A stretch of 64,000 bases of DNA from Octopus sinensis (taxonomy: Eukaryota): the NCBI RefSeq assembly GCF_006345805.1, contig NC_043017.1, forward strand, positions 23,870,001 through 23,934,000, read 5' to 3'. Numbering within the stretch: position 1 is the first letter of the stretch; every line of letters begins with the position of its first letter. A program made the translations under genes and the position numbers. Shown one piece after another: positions 26,070 to 40,342 of this stretch. The notes below the pieces were generated by a model. The model saw only the letters and a list, made by a program, of their open reading frames with translations. It ran no database searches and was not told the origin of the DNA.

Positions 26070-26320
26070 ATAACTAGCCTCTGTGCCGGTGGCACGTAAA
26101 AAGCACCATCCGATTGTGGCTGTTTGCCAGCCTCGTCTGGCACCTGTGCTGGTGGCACGTAAAAAGCACCCACTCACGGAGTGGTTGGCGTTAGGAAGGG
26201 CATCCAGCTGTAGAAACACTGCCTGGTGCAGCCTTCAGGCTTCCCAGACCCCAGTTGAACCGTCCAACCCATGCTAGCATGGAGAACAGACATTAAACGA
26301 TGATGATGATGATGATGAAA
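26070..26320 (+). mobile_element. RTE 3' UTR fragment with (GAT)n tail
   Basis: Duplicated GTGCCGGTGGCACGTAAAAAGCACC motif, CCATGCTAGCATGG and (GAT)n. Confidence 0.8.
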
Positions 26321-26340
26321 GTATTGTTTCTAGAATAAGA

Positions 26341-27790
26341 TTAGGATGGAGGAAGTTGGCAACAAAAGGACTCTCTCTCAGAGTGAAAGGTAGTCTGTAT
26401 GATGCTTGTGTGCAAACAGCTAAATTCTATGGTAGTGAGACATGGGCTCTGAATATGGAAGACATGCATAGACTGGAGAGAAATGAATGCAGTATGCTCC
26501 ATTGGATATGCAACATCAGTGTGCATGTACAATAAAGTGCAAATGTATTGAGAGAAAAGTTAGGCATAAAAGGAATCAATTACAGCATGCAAGAGAGAAG
26601 ACTACGTTGGTTTGGACATGTGATACATATGAATGAAGACAGCTGTATAAAGAAGTGCCAATCACTGAAAGTACCTGCAGAAGTGGGAGACCCAGGAAGA
26701 CAGGAGATGAAGTAGTAAGGACCAATCTCAGTATGTTGAGCCTCATGGAGGAAATGACAATGGACCGAGATATGGTGTCTGGTAATATGAGGTTCTTGAG
26801 AAGACCCACCCACATCAGCAGAACTGAGTTCTAGAAGTGCTGAGTGTTCCACTTTTCACATGCCCTACCCCAACCAACCAAACTATATCTCCTCTCTTCC
26901 TCACATCTCTTTCATGCACTATGCTTACCTCTCACTCCTCAATCCAGTGGCCTTGCTCACTGTATCACTGCTATCCAGTAGCCCCTCACCCACTTTATAT
27001 ACCCAGGTTTTTCACCACTCACTGCATTCCCCCACCCTACTCTTTACTCATGCTTCTTTGGCAATGCCCTGCCACTTATATTATGACCTCTGTACCTCAA
27101 GGGTATGCCCCTGGCACTTGTCACCATCTACTGCTCTCTTCTTTTACTCAACCATCCCATTTATATTCTGATACCTGTCTCTTGCGAGTATGTTCAGTAT
27201 TTTTGCCACCATCTCTCTCCTGCTCTCTCTTGCACTCCTACTGTCTCCCACTCTCTCGTCTTGCTTTTCACTCAGGCTGGGTAACCATGTATCTCCTTTA
27301 CAACAGCACACCTGTTTCTGTCCTCATTCTTCTCTCTCTCTCTCTCTCTGGACAGTTAACCATGTACCTCCCCTACAGCAAGACACCTGTTTCTGTCTTG
27401 CTGTCTCACTGTAACCTTTCATCATCTGACACACGATCACCTCCTCCAATGTCCCCCTCTCCTCTCAAAGGATCTTTGTCTTGCAAGTTACTTGGTGATC
27501 CTGCCAGTGTTGGTGCCACGTAAAAATCATCCAGTCCACAATGTAAAGTGGTTGGCATTTGGAAAGGTATCCAGCTGTAAAAGCCATGCCAAAACTGACC
27601 TTGCCTGTGCTTATGCCACATAAAAAGCACTCAATCTACTCTGCTGGTTGTTTGGAGTTAGGAAGAGCATCCTGCCATAAACCCTGTACCAAAACAGACA
27701 CAGAAGTCTGGTGCAGGCTCCTGTCAAACCATCCAACCCATGCCAGCATGGAAGACAGACATTAAATTATGACAATGATGATGATAATGA
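26341..27790 (+). mobile_element. 5'-truncated RTE LINE (ORF C-terminus, long 3' UTR, tail)
   Basis: RVKGSLYDACV..YGSETWAL..ERRLRWFGHV..GRPRKT, followed by the shared RTE 3' end. Confidence 0.85.
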
Positions 27791-27813
27791 AACTAACATA
27801 ATGGGTATAAATC

Positions 27814-27868
<55 letters not shown>

Positions 27869-29194
27869 CATTTCAGAAATAACAATACTATAATTTACTT
27901 TTCAATATTTATTTAATTACTCCCTTTTCATATACATATCCCTATGGTTGACATAATCCACCTTCAGAACATTAATACTATTCATTTTAGTAACCTAAAA
28001 GGAATGAATTGTATCATAAATAATATGAGTTCAGCTTCATAAGGTAAACATGAAAACGATTTTATAAAATAAACTTTATATGCAACGATACTAAGTACAG
28101 TTATGATGACCTTGATGGCAATAAGGATAGTAATGATGAGTTTAGACATCAAATCCAAGAGTAATGTGGGTTGCAAATTTTAGCACAAGCCCAGCAATTT
28201 TAGGGGAGAAGGTAAGTTGATTATATTGACTCCAATGCTTGGCTAGTTCTTATCTTATTGACTCTGAAAGGACGAAAGGCAAAGTTGACCTCAGCAGAAT
28301 TTGAACTCAAAATGTAAAGATGGAAGAAATGTTGATAAACATTTTACCCAGCATATTAATAATTCTGCCAGCTTTCTGCAGAGTTATATCAAAGTACTGG
28401 TCATCTATGCATGCAAGAAAAAAGTACAAAAGAGTATTCTGGATTAGCAAAGAAAAGAAATGTTAAATTTGATTGTAAACTAAAAAACAAAAAAGGGAGA
28501 ACCAGGTTGTCCTAGTAACTTTTATCAGAGTATGCTTATATTTTAAGATGATAATTTGCTTTAAATATTTACCCAAAATTATTTTTCACTAGTACTGAGG
28601 AAAAAAAAAATTAAAGGATTTCCTTAAAATAATCCAATGAGATTTGTTAATAAAGAGTTAAAATGTGGACATTATTTAGATCAGTGTCAAAACTGACAAT
28701 TAGGGTTATCTTTTTTTGTACATATTGATTACACTTGTAAGAGTAAATAAGAAAATAGTGTGACTGAATTATGGATGGAGAGTGGAAATTTACCCTAGAA
28801 TGCTGTTCATTTATGAATAAAGCTAGAGAGCATAGAGAAGCTAAGATAGTGATTTAATCACATTGCTGAGGTTTTTTGGAGGAAGAACAAAGATACAAAA
28901 TAGCTATGAATCGGGCAAAGTTAGATAATTAAGTTCAGTATATGCCAAGATGTTAGAGAAGTTTGATATCAAAGAATATGGCAGATGCCAGCTTGTATTG
29001 TTTCCTTTAATTTTTATTTTCTCAACTTCAGATTTCTTTCATGTTCCCATCAGAATCAAACAACACACTAATAAAAATACAATAAACAACTTTACCAGAT
29101 GAAGACTATTCAGCTACTTTTAAAGCTGAACATTTTTATTGAGGATAAAGGGGCTAAATTCAAACTTTAAAACAGTGACTTTTCACAATATTAA

Positions 29195-29415
29195 CCCTTT
29201 AGTGTTCGCATTATTCTGCCAAAATTAATCTTTTTTTATCCACATTGTTTCGAACTAACCATGCATTATCTTGTAGTTATGAGATTTTAATGAGGTAGCT
29301 GTTAATTTTTAAGACAATATTGTAGGGTTGGTGTGAGAGACCAGATATGGCCAGTTTGAACATAAAACAGGCAGAATACTTTTGGCCGGATATGGCCAGT
29401 TTAAATGCTAAAGGG
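29195..29415. mobile_element. piggyBac-type MITE (family A)
   Basis: TTAA|CCCTTTAG ... CTAAAGGG|TTAA. A partial second copy ends at 32104. Confidence 0.8.
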
Positions 29416-29799
29416 TTAAGCCAAATATCCTTCATTTTTATATATTTTATCAAAAAGTAGGGACTGTGAATATCTGGGAAAATAACCTATGAAATCATCA
29501 TCATCATCGTTTATATTTCAATTTTATATTTGGCTTCCAAGATTCTTAATGTGAACTCATGTGTTGAAACAGATTTTGTTGTATCTCAGGAGCTAACCTG
29601 GAGTTGAGAGAGAATGTCATTGAAGAAGTCGCAAACAGCAAAGAAAGGACTTTGACAAAACACGATTGATTTATTAACTGAATGATTAACCAAACAATTG
29701 ATTAGTTGGTTGATTAAATAGATAACCATTTGACAAATAATAAAGAAGTAAAATTGAAGCAGTGTACACGCTAATGATTGGCATAATGATCCTCTTGAG

Positions 29800-30350
29800 C
29801 AAGGGTCACCAAACTATGGCCCATGGACTGCATTTGGCCCACGTGGTCAGTTCATCCATCCCGCCGCTGCACTGTACCTTTTGTGTAAGTACAGAGGAAA
29901 CAGCTCCTCGAACTTGAGAGTTCATTTGCTTCTGGTATGGCATCAGTGTTTAGAACAACTTATGTCTATGTGCAAACATCTTTAATAATGAAGGATGTGA
30001 AGTCAGCACATCAAATGAGGTTGACTGATGAACATTTGAAAGCTATTCTGTTGGTTGGATGCAGCAATTCCAAAGCAAATATTGATGATACCTTAAAAGC
30101 TAAACACCAAATCCCACCAACCTTTTTTGCTGCTTAGTTTGTGAGATTTGGATATGTGTGTGCTGGGTGTGATATAAATATCTTATTGCTAACGTTGCCT
30201 TCTTTGATAACTTTTTAGTAAATAAATATGTTGGTTGTCTTTATTTTTTGTGTATTCACTGTATTGTATTGAACAAAATGGTTATGCGGCTTGCACTTGT
30301 CATTCTCACAGTTATTTGGCCTGCCATGAAAAAAGGTTTGGTGACCTCTG
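29800..30350 (+). mobile_element. Internally deleted hAT (Charlie/SPIN-like) transposon, 551 bp
   Basis: TIRs CAAGGGTCACCAAAC / GTTTGGTGACCTCTG, 8-bp TSD CTCTTGAG / CTCTAGAG. The internal ORF 29937-30137 (TTY...MKDVKSAHQMRLTDEHL) is the hAT C-terminal dimerisation region. Confidence 0.9.
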
Positions 30351-33300
30351 CTCTAGAGATATAACCTCCGAAATAAAAATGATTACCCCAAAATAATTTG
30401 AATATTACTACTGACAACAAACTGCCTATAAATTGAATCCGTCTTGCTGGTAAACCACCCATACATGAAAAAAAACACCAATACATATAAACATGCTGTA
30501 TTGATATAGAGAGTCTCAACTTCTAACAAATTGCACTTAAACTGAGATTCAATCATTCAAGAAAATCGTTTTTGTAAATAGCAATTCACTAATGAGGGAG
30601 TGTGTTTCAGTAATTGCTAAAGAATCATTACATTCCCACTTAATTTTCAGTCTTCCTGTATGCTGTTTTACACAGCAGTTGAATTTTTCTATATATTACT
30701 TGCTAAAAGGGTATAAAAATCTAACAGAGAAGAAATTACTGAGCCTCCTACCCAAGATATATTTAGTGTAAGCAAATATTTACATGCTAGGATATCTTTT
30801 ACCCAAATCTAGTGAGTCACACACTTCTGTCAGCACTAACCTTCATTCTATGTGCTTTTGATAGGTGGCAGTTTCCTTATTGGGCCCAACACATATCTTT
30901 AGAAAAATTACTATAAGTGAAGATAAATATGTTGATAGCTAAGGTAACATACATTGCACGTGGCATAGAAATTCTTTACTTTTGCTATTTTTGTTTGTCT
31001 CAGTATCATTATAGACATGATAGAAACCTGAAAATATTGCAATGGTGGATTTTTGGCAAGGTTACTTTCATTTTTGACGTCATTTCATTCTAAAGCAAGA
31101 TTTTTTTTTAATTACCATTTACCCTTTGATTAACACCAATGTATTTCGTAAGTCTTTGTAAACATATTTATTAAGTACATTTATTAAAAGTTTTTTTTCT
31201 GAGAGATATTTCAGCATACTAAGTTTAACTTGTGCTATTTTGACTCTCATTACAAGAACCATTTCTGGCTATGTACTGAAGTTTAGACTGATGTTATCAT
31301 GAAATTGTAGAATCACAGTTTGTGTCCTCGCTTATCACTGATTTTTCTTACTTTAGTAAAGAAAGAATGGAACATAATCCGTATTTTTTGTTATGCTTCT
31401 TTGAAAGCAAACATTTCAACCAGTTATAATAATGATTTCTTTTGATGAGGCAAAATGCCAAACTTTGTAAGATATATATATTCTATATATTCTATCACAA
31501 GAAAGAGGGACATTCCACATAACATTTGAAGGTCTTCTTAGACTGGTAAGGTTAATGCAGTTGTATGTTTAACTTGAACTTTTGAGGTTTGAAGCCTGTA
31601 GAGAAAATGAAGATTATTTGGCAGAGAGAGAATTTCAGATGTCACATTTCTGGGAAGAAAATATTGAGAAAAGTGTTTAACCCAGAGTTTGGAAGAGATG
31701 TAGCCAACGTAATGATTACCAAGACTAAATAAGTTAAACCATTCCTGCAAACTCACAGCCTGTTCAACCAGCTACAATAATAACTACTGCCAATATGCTG
31801 CTATTTAACACATTTTATTCCTTTTATGAAAGTATTGTTCAGATCTTTAATTTCTTACAAGTGAAGTGTCTCTTTAATCAATTTAATAATATTTCACACT
31901 TAGATGCCCTTTCTAAATCCACTTTCTAAGACGTGAGAAAATATTAACTCTGTCAAATGTGAAACTTATTTATTCATATTGTTTTTAATTAATCATGCAT
32001 TATCTCATAGCTTTAAAATTTCAATGATGTGATTGTTTATTTTTAGAATGATATTGTAGGGTAAGTGTGAGAGGCTGGATCTGGCCAGTTGAAACACTAA
32101 AGGGTTAATGTGGTACTTTGTTATTTATAACAGTTTTATTATCTAGAAAATTTTCTGACAAACAGTTGGATGTTCATGAGATATAATTTGGAGGACAGTT
32201 AAAGATGTTTTAAAGACAACCTATTGTAAGCTGCAGATCAACTAATTATTGTAGACGGTGCACAACTATGACCCATTTCTAGACAACATGGTGAGAGAAC
32301 AGTATAGGAAGTAGAAATATAAGAATTAAGCAACAAGTCAGCTAAAAGTAGGAACATGGGGATAACAAGGAGCAATGTAAAAGTGCTTGGGGAAAATTAA
32401 GGGGACATCAGGTTTATCTAGCCAAGAATGACAAGATGAATAGGAATTTCTTCTTTATGAGGATGTGATGAATTAAATACATATGGAAAAGAATGTCACT
32501 GAGTGGGATGTATGTCCAAAACAGTATTATTGTGAATACTAGTCACAGTCACAGAAACAGACTTGTGAGTGGTGTAGAGCCACTACCCATCAGTAGATGG
32601 TACAGTGATGAAACAGTATGGAGACAGAAGTATAAGCATTAGAATAGAAGTATAAGCATTAAGCAATGAGCTTGCAATAAATGGAAAAACTGGGACAAGA
32701 ATAGGTAATATAAAAATGCATGGTGAACAACAAGACACCAGTGTCATTAAGAAAGACTGTGGAAAGAGGAATATAATTGAGATAGTATTGAAATTAAGCC
32801 ACCACAGAGATCAACAATAGATGTTTGTTGACAAATAGTTAATAAGGTAATTATTATGGCAGTAGAGAGAACTGTTAGTCAATCAGCGATAATTAAAGCA
32901 TAGTTACATATTGATTCTATATTAGTTATTAAGTTAATTAGATAATGCAAGAAGGTATTATCTCCAATTAGGTAGTATCATTATAAACTGTTATAAGAAT
33001 AAAAGGGTTATATTGGAAAGGAGCAATTACAGAGCTTCAAGAAATTGAGAGATTCATTGTGAATTCAGTGCAAAATAAGGTCAGTTTTGATACAGTGCAC
33101 TTCGGAATTAAAACCTCAGTTATAATATTTCTAGTGGGGCAAGTACAAAATACATCCTTAACAGAAAATAAACAACTCTCTATTATTTACATATGGATTT
33201 TGAAAACAGTTGAAGCTACGTTTGATGGCGCAGTGAATGCAGTCTATATTAGCAACAAATTGATTGCACAATTTACAACATAACTGTTTGTAAGATATTC

Positions 33301-34895
33301 CCTAGTGAGAGTTTATGTCAACTAATTTCTTTGATAATCACAGTTAGTTTATTTTTACCAATCAATGTATTACTTATGTGAGATCCTATTGTATTTGCAT
33401 TTAGTATGCAAAGTATTCCCCTGTGTCATTATTTCCTTCAACCACGAGGTTTGTCCTATTCACTGTAGTTCTTGGGGCAATAACAACTTTACTATCTTCT
33501 ATATTGATGGCCCAGTTCTCATTGTAGATGTTGTCAAGGAATAGCTGTAAACATTCCCAAACTAGAAGAATGGTCAAGCATCAAAAGGTTAAAATTCAAA
33601 ATAGCAAACACCAAAGTGTTAGTTACTGAGAAAAGGCACAAGATCTCACTGTCATCTAAGAATACTTTTGTACACACACAAAAAAGGAGTAGGTAAGAAC
33701 TAATACTGAATATACAATATAATCAACAGGTAAACAAGATATGCAAATCACTGCAGGTTAACAAGAAACCTGGATTTTAAATTTCACAACAGAACCCATG
33801 GAATGAAGTCTATGCACTGTTAGGTCGGATCATAGTAGAGAGATTCTAATATCTGTTATTTGAAGCCAGCTAGAGAGCATTCATGTGGTAGCTTGGCCAT
33901 CTAGAGATAACAGTCAAACCTCTCTTAAAACTTAAAAAGAAAGCTGTGTTGAATACTCTGGCCTGAAAATAATAAGGATGTTGATGGCTAGTAGGCCTTT
34001 GATCATAAGTCTGCTTACTCATGGTTGCCTTAGGGTTAAACAACAACAACAACTGTTTCTATAATCTATGTGGTGTAAATTGGCGCTGAAAGTCATTATA
34101 ATGTGATTATTGTAACTAGAGTAAGAAAAGGTATGAAGAAGCTTGAGGAGCTGTTTCCTCTGCTCTTAAATGGTTTCTCTGCATTTCTGTGTGCGGAAGG
34201 TAGACTGTATGAAGCATGAATAAGAAATATGATGCAGCATCATGGTGAGAGAAGCATTAAATATAGATTTGCAAGGGATGGAGAGAAATTAGTTAAGTTT
34301 AAACCATTAAATATCAACATGTAAGAAGAGCAATGTGCAAGCTGAGAGAGAAACTGGATAATGAAAAAGAATCAGTACATTGGTGGTAGTGGTCGTGGGA
34401 AGAGTGGTGGTGGTGGTGATGGTGATGGTTGTGGAGATTTGAATTTATGACCAAATCAAACATCCAGACTTTAATGACCATTTAAGAACAGGCTGTGTGT
34501 TAGTATGTCTCATTATTAGTGCCCTTTCCTCAAAATCAATTTGATTAATCTTCAAATTAAGAATACACCTTATATAAAATTCAGATTTCAAATAACTATT
34601 AATATTTGGTTATATTTGGGGATACTCATATTTTTGCCAATTAACCACACACACATATATATACTTGGTTTTCACTTCAGCTTTATTATTTTTATTATTT
34701 TAGTGTCCTTTGACATCTTGCATCATGCATCTTGTGACCTCTTCAGCAACTCTCCATCCCATGTTTCGTCCTGTTCTGTTTAGTCCATTAATGTTTTCAT
34801 ACATTTGTATTGTTTTGTCTTCTACCTTCAAACCAAGGTTGTAGATAACACTGAGATATGGTGCACTGAAAATTTGAGAAAATTCTTATAAATAC

Positions 34896-35021
34896 CTGTG
34901 ATTTCGGATTCTATATTTTGGTCCTTTGGCATGTTCTGGTAAAAAGATACTAAGAAAAGAACTACTTCTTGGTTTTCATTTGTGATTGGAATGATTTCCA
35001 CCTGACACCAAAATGGATTTC
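34896..35021 (-). CDS. Elk: KCNH (ELK-like) exon encoding the PAC end of the PAS domain, 126 nt, phase 1 to 1: (G)NPFWCQVEIIPITNENQEVVLFLVSFYQNMPKDQNIESEIT
   Basis: Acceptor gtcttttcag, donor ACAG|gtattt. Aligns with ELK [25 protein letters not shown] and joins in frame with the upstream exon. Confidence 0.9.
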
Positions 35022-35261
35022 CTGAAAAGACAGGTTATAATATTTTATCACTGTCAAGTGAGAATTAGGAGAAGTCATATACTTCCATGAATAACAATGA
35101 TAATATTTGTCAAAAGAATGAGCATGAAAAGTTACTCAGAGACATCTTCTGCATGAAAAAAAACAAAAGTGTACACTAACATACTACATGTAGCAAGCCA
35201 TGAATTTTTCTAAGTTGAAAATCAAACAATTTATTTGAAAAATTAACAATTCATTGACCAG

Positions 35262-35860
35262 AGCAAGGCTGTATGGTTAAGAAGTTTGCTTGGGACCAAG
35301 TGGTTAGGGCTTCAATCTCACAGCATGGATGTTGTCTGCTGGCATTCTATACTACAGCTACAAGTCAACCAGTACCCTTGTGAGTGAAACTGGTAGACAG
35401 AAACTGAAAAAGTGGTCATACATATGTGTGTGTGTGTGCATGCACACGCATGTATGTATATATGTGTCAGTGTGCATGTATGTATATATGTGTTTGTGAT
35501 CATGTTTGTATGAGTAAGTTCGCAATTCCTCTCATCTTCATGTGTATTCACTGACTGTAAACAACAATATAGGCAGTGCTCTTTGCTTGCAGTCAACTGC
35601 AAAAAGCATGTCCAATATTCTTGACATGCCTTGACATGTTATATGAGCTTTGAAAAGCAAAAGGTTCATTCAAATGGTGTCATTTGTTTTCAGCTCACCA
35701 TGTAACAACGTCTGGGTTGTCATTTTTAGACAGACTAGGGAAACAGGTGAGGATTGGTGACAGGAAGGGTATACAGCTGTAGAAAATCTGCCTCAACAAA
35801 TTGCATCTAACCCAAGCATGCATGGAAAAGTAAATGTTAAAACAAAGACGATGATAATAA
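35262..35860 (+). mobile_element. SINE with family-1 tRNA head and RTE-like 3' tail
   Basis: Head GGCTGTATGGTTAAGAAG. The 3' end AAGGGTATACAGCTGTAGAAAA...GCATGGAAA..GTTAAA matches RTE tails. Confidence 0.6.
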
Positions 35861-36150
35861 AGCAAAAGAAATTCTTGTTGTAGGAGAAGTAAGATCTCAA
35901 CAAACCAAATCCCAAACATAGTTTCTGTTACACTAATTAGCATTTTTTTTGTGTGTGTGTTGGTGGTGACAGTGAGATATGAATGTAGACCTTCCACCCA
36001 CATTTATGAGAATCATTTTTACATTATCTCTTTAAATATGTATTTGAAATACATATTGACAAGGTAAGAAGACAGTACACAGTAAGGAGCTGTAGTTGAC
36101 TTTTCTTTTCATATTTATAAATAGGCGTTAAATTTATAAATTTAACTGAT

Positions 36151-36560
36151 AGGCGCAGGAGTGGCTGTGTGGTAAGTAGCTTGCTTACCAACCACATGGT
36201 TCTGGGTTCAGTCCCACTGCGTGGCATCTTGGACAAGTGTCTTCTGCTATAGTCTCGGGCTGACCAATGCCTTGTGAGTGGATTTGGTAGACGGAAACTG
36301 AAAGAAGCCTGTCGTATATATGTATATATATATGTATGTGTGTGTATATGTTTGTGTGTCTGTGTTTGTCCCCCTAGCATTACTTGACAACCGATGCTGG
36401 TGTGTTTACGTCCCCATCACTTAGCGGTTCGGGGCAAAAGATACCAATAGACTAAGTACCGGGCTTACAAAGAATAAGTCCCGGGGTCGATTTGCTCGAC
36501 TAAAGGTGGTGCTCCAGCATGGCCACAGTCAAATGACTGAAACAAGTAAAAGAGTAAAAT
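36151..36560 (+). mobile_element. Full-length SINE family 1 copy
   Basis: Close reverse complement of 1131-1518 and 42081-42475. Confidence 0.9.
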
Positions 36561-38029
36561 AAAAGAGAGAGTATATTCTTGTAAAATACTGATATCTATC
36601 TTTTGTCACAAGTTCAGGAGAGTAATTAGTTGAAAGTCATTGCTATCAAGTCTGATCTTCTTTAATCATTCGTTGGGTGTGCTACATTCTATCGAAAGGC
36701 CTTTGATGAAGTAATATGACATTTGATTAATCAATAAAGTACAGATTCTGTTTAATCTATAGAGGTTTCCTACATCATGATGTACAAATAATATACAGGC
36801 AGATTAAATTTGTTTTACACATACCTGCTCAAAAAACGAAATTGTCTTTGATAGATTATTTTCATTTTCATGCTGAATTATTAATTTTAAAAGGGTTTAT
36901 TTATCTACTGGGCTTCAAAGTGAACTTCTTAATCACACAGCCATACCATAGACATACAAAAAATTTTCAAGTATTTCATGATCTGCAACCTTCTAACAAA
37001 AATCTCTCTCACACACACACACTCAACAATACTACTTGCTCATTGAATCATAGTGCAACTTTGAGTATTTCGCAGATAATTGCCTCCTTAACATAATTCT
37101 CAAGCAGAAATAACATTAGACTGTGTGTGACAAGGCTAACACTTTGAATTACAGTCCATTTGATAGGCATCCAGACAGTTTCTATCAACTTAATTTCACT
37201 CATTGGGCATAGGACAACCATAAAAAATAGAAGATATTCCCAAGATGCATAGTGAAGTTGACCCCAGCAACCCCAAAGAACCATACAGAGGGACCTAATT
37301 TGAGACCACGTGGTTCCAAAGTGAACTTCTTAACTACACAGCCATACCATAGACAGACAGACAGATGATCTTAACCATGATTTGAAGTTAGCAAAATACT
37401 TCTTAACCATCAGTCTTATGATATTCAAATAGTTTCTTCTTAAATGAATAATTTATATTAATTAACAAAAAAATGAATTATTGTATGTCTCTCTGTTTGC
37501 AAATACAATTGTAATGAGGGTATTTTTTAACTGATTTATGTGAAGTATTGCCTTCAAGGGTATAGTTGATTATCTCAAGCTGGTCCTTGCTAAAAGGAAA
37601 ACTCACCTCAGGTGGTATTTGAACTCAGAATGCAAAGATACATAATGAAATATCACAAGGTATTTTGTCTGGAAGTCTACCAATACTACCATTTACTACT
37701 CTAGACAATGTGTGTGTGCGTGTTTATGCACATACAAGTACATGCATACACACACACACACAACACAATGATAGACCCTTCCCCGCTAGATGGTTGCTCA
37801 ACCCACTAAAATAGTAACAAAATCTCCCACAAATCAATCTCTACTGACTTAAAAAAAAAGAAACATTTGATGATATAGTTCTAGATAGATAAAAAGAAAC
37901 ATAGGATGATTGCAGCTGTGATGCTTTTAGTTATAAGCCTGCTTGATTAAGGCTGACTTCAGTTAAAAAACAATGGCCAGATAATGTAATTCTCAGGACC
38001 AATTGAGAAAAATAGTGAAAATTCAGACG

Positions 38030-38468
38030 TGGCTGTGTGGTAAGAAGCTTGCTTCCTGGCCACATGGTTCCAGGTTCAGTTCCACTGTGTAGCACCTTGG
38101 GAAAGTGTCTTCTACTATAGACTTGGGCCAACCAAAGCCTTGTGAGTGGATTTCAGAGATGGAAATTGAAAGAAACCCATCATATGTATGTATGTATTAT
38201 ATAAGCATGTATGTATGCATGTACATATGTACGTATGTGTCTATATGTGTGTGTGTGTGCTTTTGTGTCTGCGTTTGTCCCCTACCACCACTTGACAACC
38301 GATGTTGGTGTGTTTAAATTCCCTGAAATTTAGCATTTCAACAAAAGTGACCAACAGAATAAGGACTAGGCTTGAAAAAAATAAATCCTGAAGTCGTTTC
38401 ATTTGACTAAAAATTCTCCAAGGCAGTGCCCCAGCATGGCTGCAGTCTCGTGACTGAAACAAGTAGAA
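38030..38468 (+). mobile_element. SINE family 1 copy (diverged)
   Basis: Same head, body and tail as 36151-36560. Confidence 0.8.
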
Positions 38469-38697
38469 AATAAAAAACAGACAACATGCAAATATTAAAA
38501 CAAAACATCTAAAAATGAGAATCAATCCATCTTATTTGACAATTGTCTCATAACTGACTTCCTTCAGGTAAGAATTCAATGTAGAATACTCTAGAAGTTA
38601 TTTTTTCAAATTATATTACAATGTAGATATGATTTAATTAAGAAAGCCAATCAAATGAATATCAATATTTCAAACTGTAAGGAAAAAAATCACTTAC

Positions 38698-38925
38698 CAT
38701 ATTTGGTATAAAGGCAGATATTGACTTTTGTTTCCTGTTGATAGATAAGAGCATCTTCAACTTTTTGCTTTGACTCCTCTTTTGTGAGGGCTCCATAGAG
38801 GAAACTGCAACTACACCGCTTGCCAATGACTTGACTTCGTCGGAAGCCAGTAATCTCAAAGAATCCCTCTGAGCAGTACACAACTGGTAGCCCATCAGAC
38901 TTTGCATTTCCAAGTACAAAGTTAC
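38698..38925 (-). CDS. Elk: KCNH (ELK-like) exon 2, PAS domain, 228 nt, phase 1 to 1: NFVLGNAKSDGLPVVYCSEGFFEITGFRRSQVIGKRCSCSFLYGALTKEESKQKVEDALIYQQETKVNICLYTKY(G)
   Basis: Branch TACTAAT, long polypyrimidine acceptor, donor G|gtaagt. Colinear with ELK NFVLGNAQ...PIVYCSDGF..LTG..R..MQK.CSC.FLYG. Exon size and phases match the conserved KCNH exon 2. Confidence 0.93.
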
Positions 38926-39204
38926 CTGGAAAAAGAAAAAAAAGAACATAGTAAATAAATAAAAAAGGATTAGTACAATTTATAGTGAGCTACACCCAAA
39001 GATTTTCATGCTTTCTTGATTTCTACCGATAGGCATATAATGTATGCCTCACTCTCATTTGTTCACTTCAGGAAAATGATGATTTGTCAACAACAATAAC
39101 TTTGAATGAAAATATGTAGGCCAGTTCCTTAAATCCTTAAAAATGTTTCAGCCCAAAGGCTGCGGCCATGCTGGGGCACCACCGCTGAATGAGCTACACT
39201 AATA

Positions 39205-39420
39205 TGTGAATCCACCTCTGATACGTGGCACTTGGTCAACAAGGGAGTTCGATGCCGCTACCTGCATCTGTGTCTCCTGGCGTGAGGTAGGTTCATCTGG
39301 GACCCCCGACAAGAAGAGATCCAGTTTAGTTTTAAAGAAACCCACATCCACACCATGCAAGTCTCTCAGGCATTCTCAGTTGTTCAAGTTCAGAATGTTA
39401 ACAAATAAAGAGATAAATAT
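39205..39420 (-). mobile_element. CR1-like LINE 3' end
   Basis: Minus-strand PE(R)LRDLHGVDVGFFKTKLDLFLSGVPDEP..SNSLVDQV, a typical CR1/L2-group C-terminus. Confidence 0.65.
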
Positions 39421-39744
39421 TATTTCCAAGAGCTCTAATAAGTTATAAATTTGGTTGTAGCTCAAAGCTGTCATGTGTGAAGGGAAACAGACTTCAATCC
39501 TTTACCTGTATATGATGTAATCTATTGCTGAAAACATTCTCAAAAGATCTGATATCTATTTCCCATAATTAAAGTGAATTAAAGCAGAATTAAGTATCCA
39601 CTCAAAGAGAAAAGGACACAGGGCAAATGCTCCTTTCTTGGCCCCTATTCTATCCTTTGCCCAGACCTGCATTTATGCTCTGTTGTCAGCTTAGTTGACA
39701 AGAAACACACGCACACATATTTATATGATTTTTCATTTGTTTTG

Positions 39745-40160
39745 TATCCGTTTTTCATAATAGCATGGGTTAGATGAATATATTATTGGGGCATTGTTTT
39801 ACAGCCAAATGTCTTTTTGTATCACTAACCCTTCCTCATATCTCAAATAAGAGATGTTTTCATGTCTTCTTTCTCACATCTTCAAAGGCACAAAGCAAGT
39901 GGGTGATTTAATGACAAAAGAGACAACAACATCACTCATTGTAGCTTTCACAGATCTCAGAGGGGAACAAATACTACACAGACACCCACCCACCCCACAC
40001 ACACACACATGATTTTTCAGTTTTTGTCAACCAAATTTATTTACAAGGCTTTGGTCAATCTAGGGCTATAACAGAAGACACTTACCCAAAGTGTTGTACA
40101 GTGAGACTGAACCTGAAACCACGTGGTTTGGATGTGAACCTTTTAACCACACAGCCATGC
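39745..40160 (-). mobile_element. SINE with family-1 head and RTE-like tail
   Basis: Reverse of the architecture at 35262 and 43508. Confidence 0.6.
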
Positions 40161-40342
40161 CAGTTTCCAGTAGGTTTTTTAAACTCATAAGCCCAGTATT
40201 TAGTTGTATATTCAACATATTATTCAATACTGTGAAGCAAGCAAAAATGAACTGCCCAATATATGATGACATTTTATCAATAGTAGCCTCCTCAGCAACA
40301 TTGCCATATATTACTAACAAAGATATGAAAGACAGAGTTTAA

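Noticed and set aside
34896-38925. LOV-like residues (VIGK, YTKxG) suggesting a flavin photoreceptor
   Set aside because: It lacks GRNCRFLQ and the flavin-binding N/Q residues, and has the KCNH-specific CSC insertion, FWC motif and exon phases.
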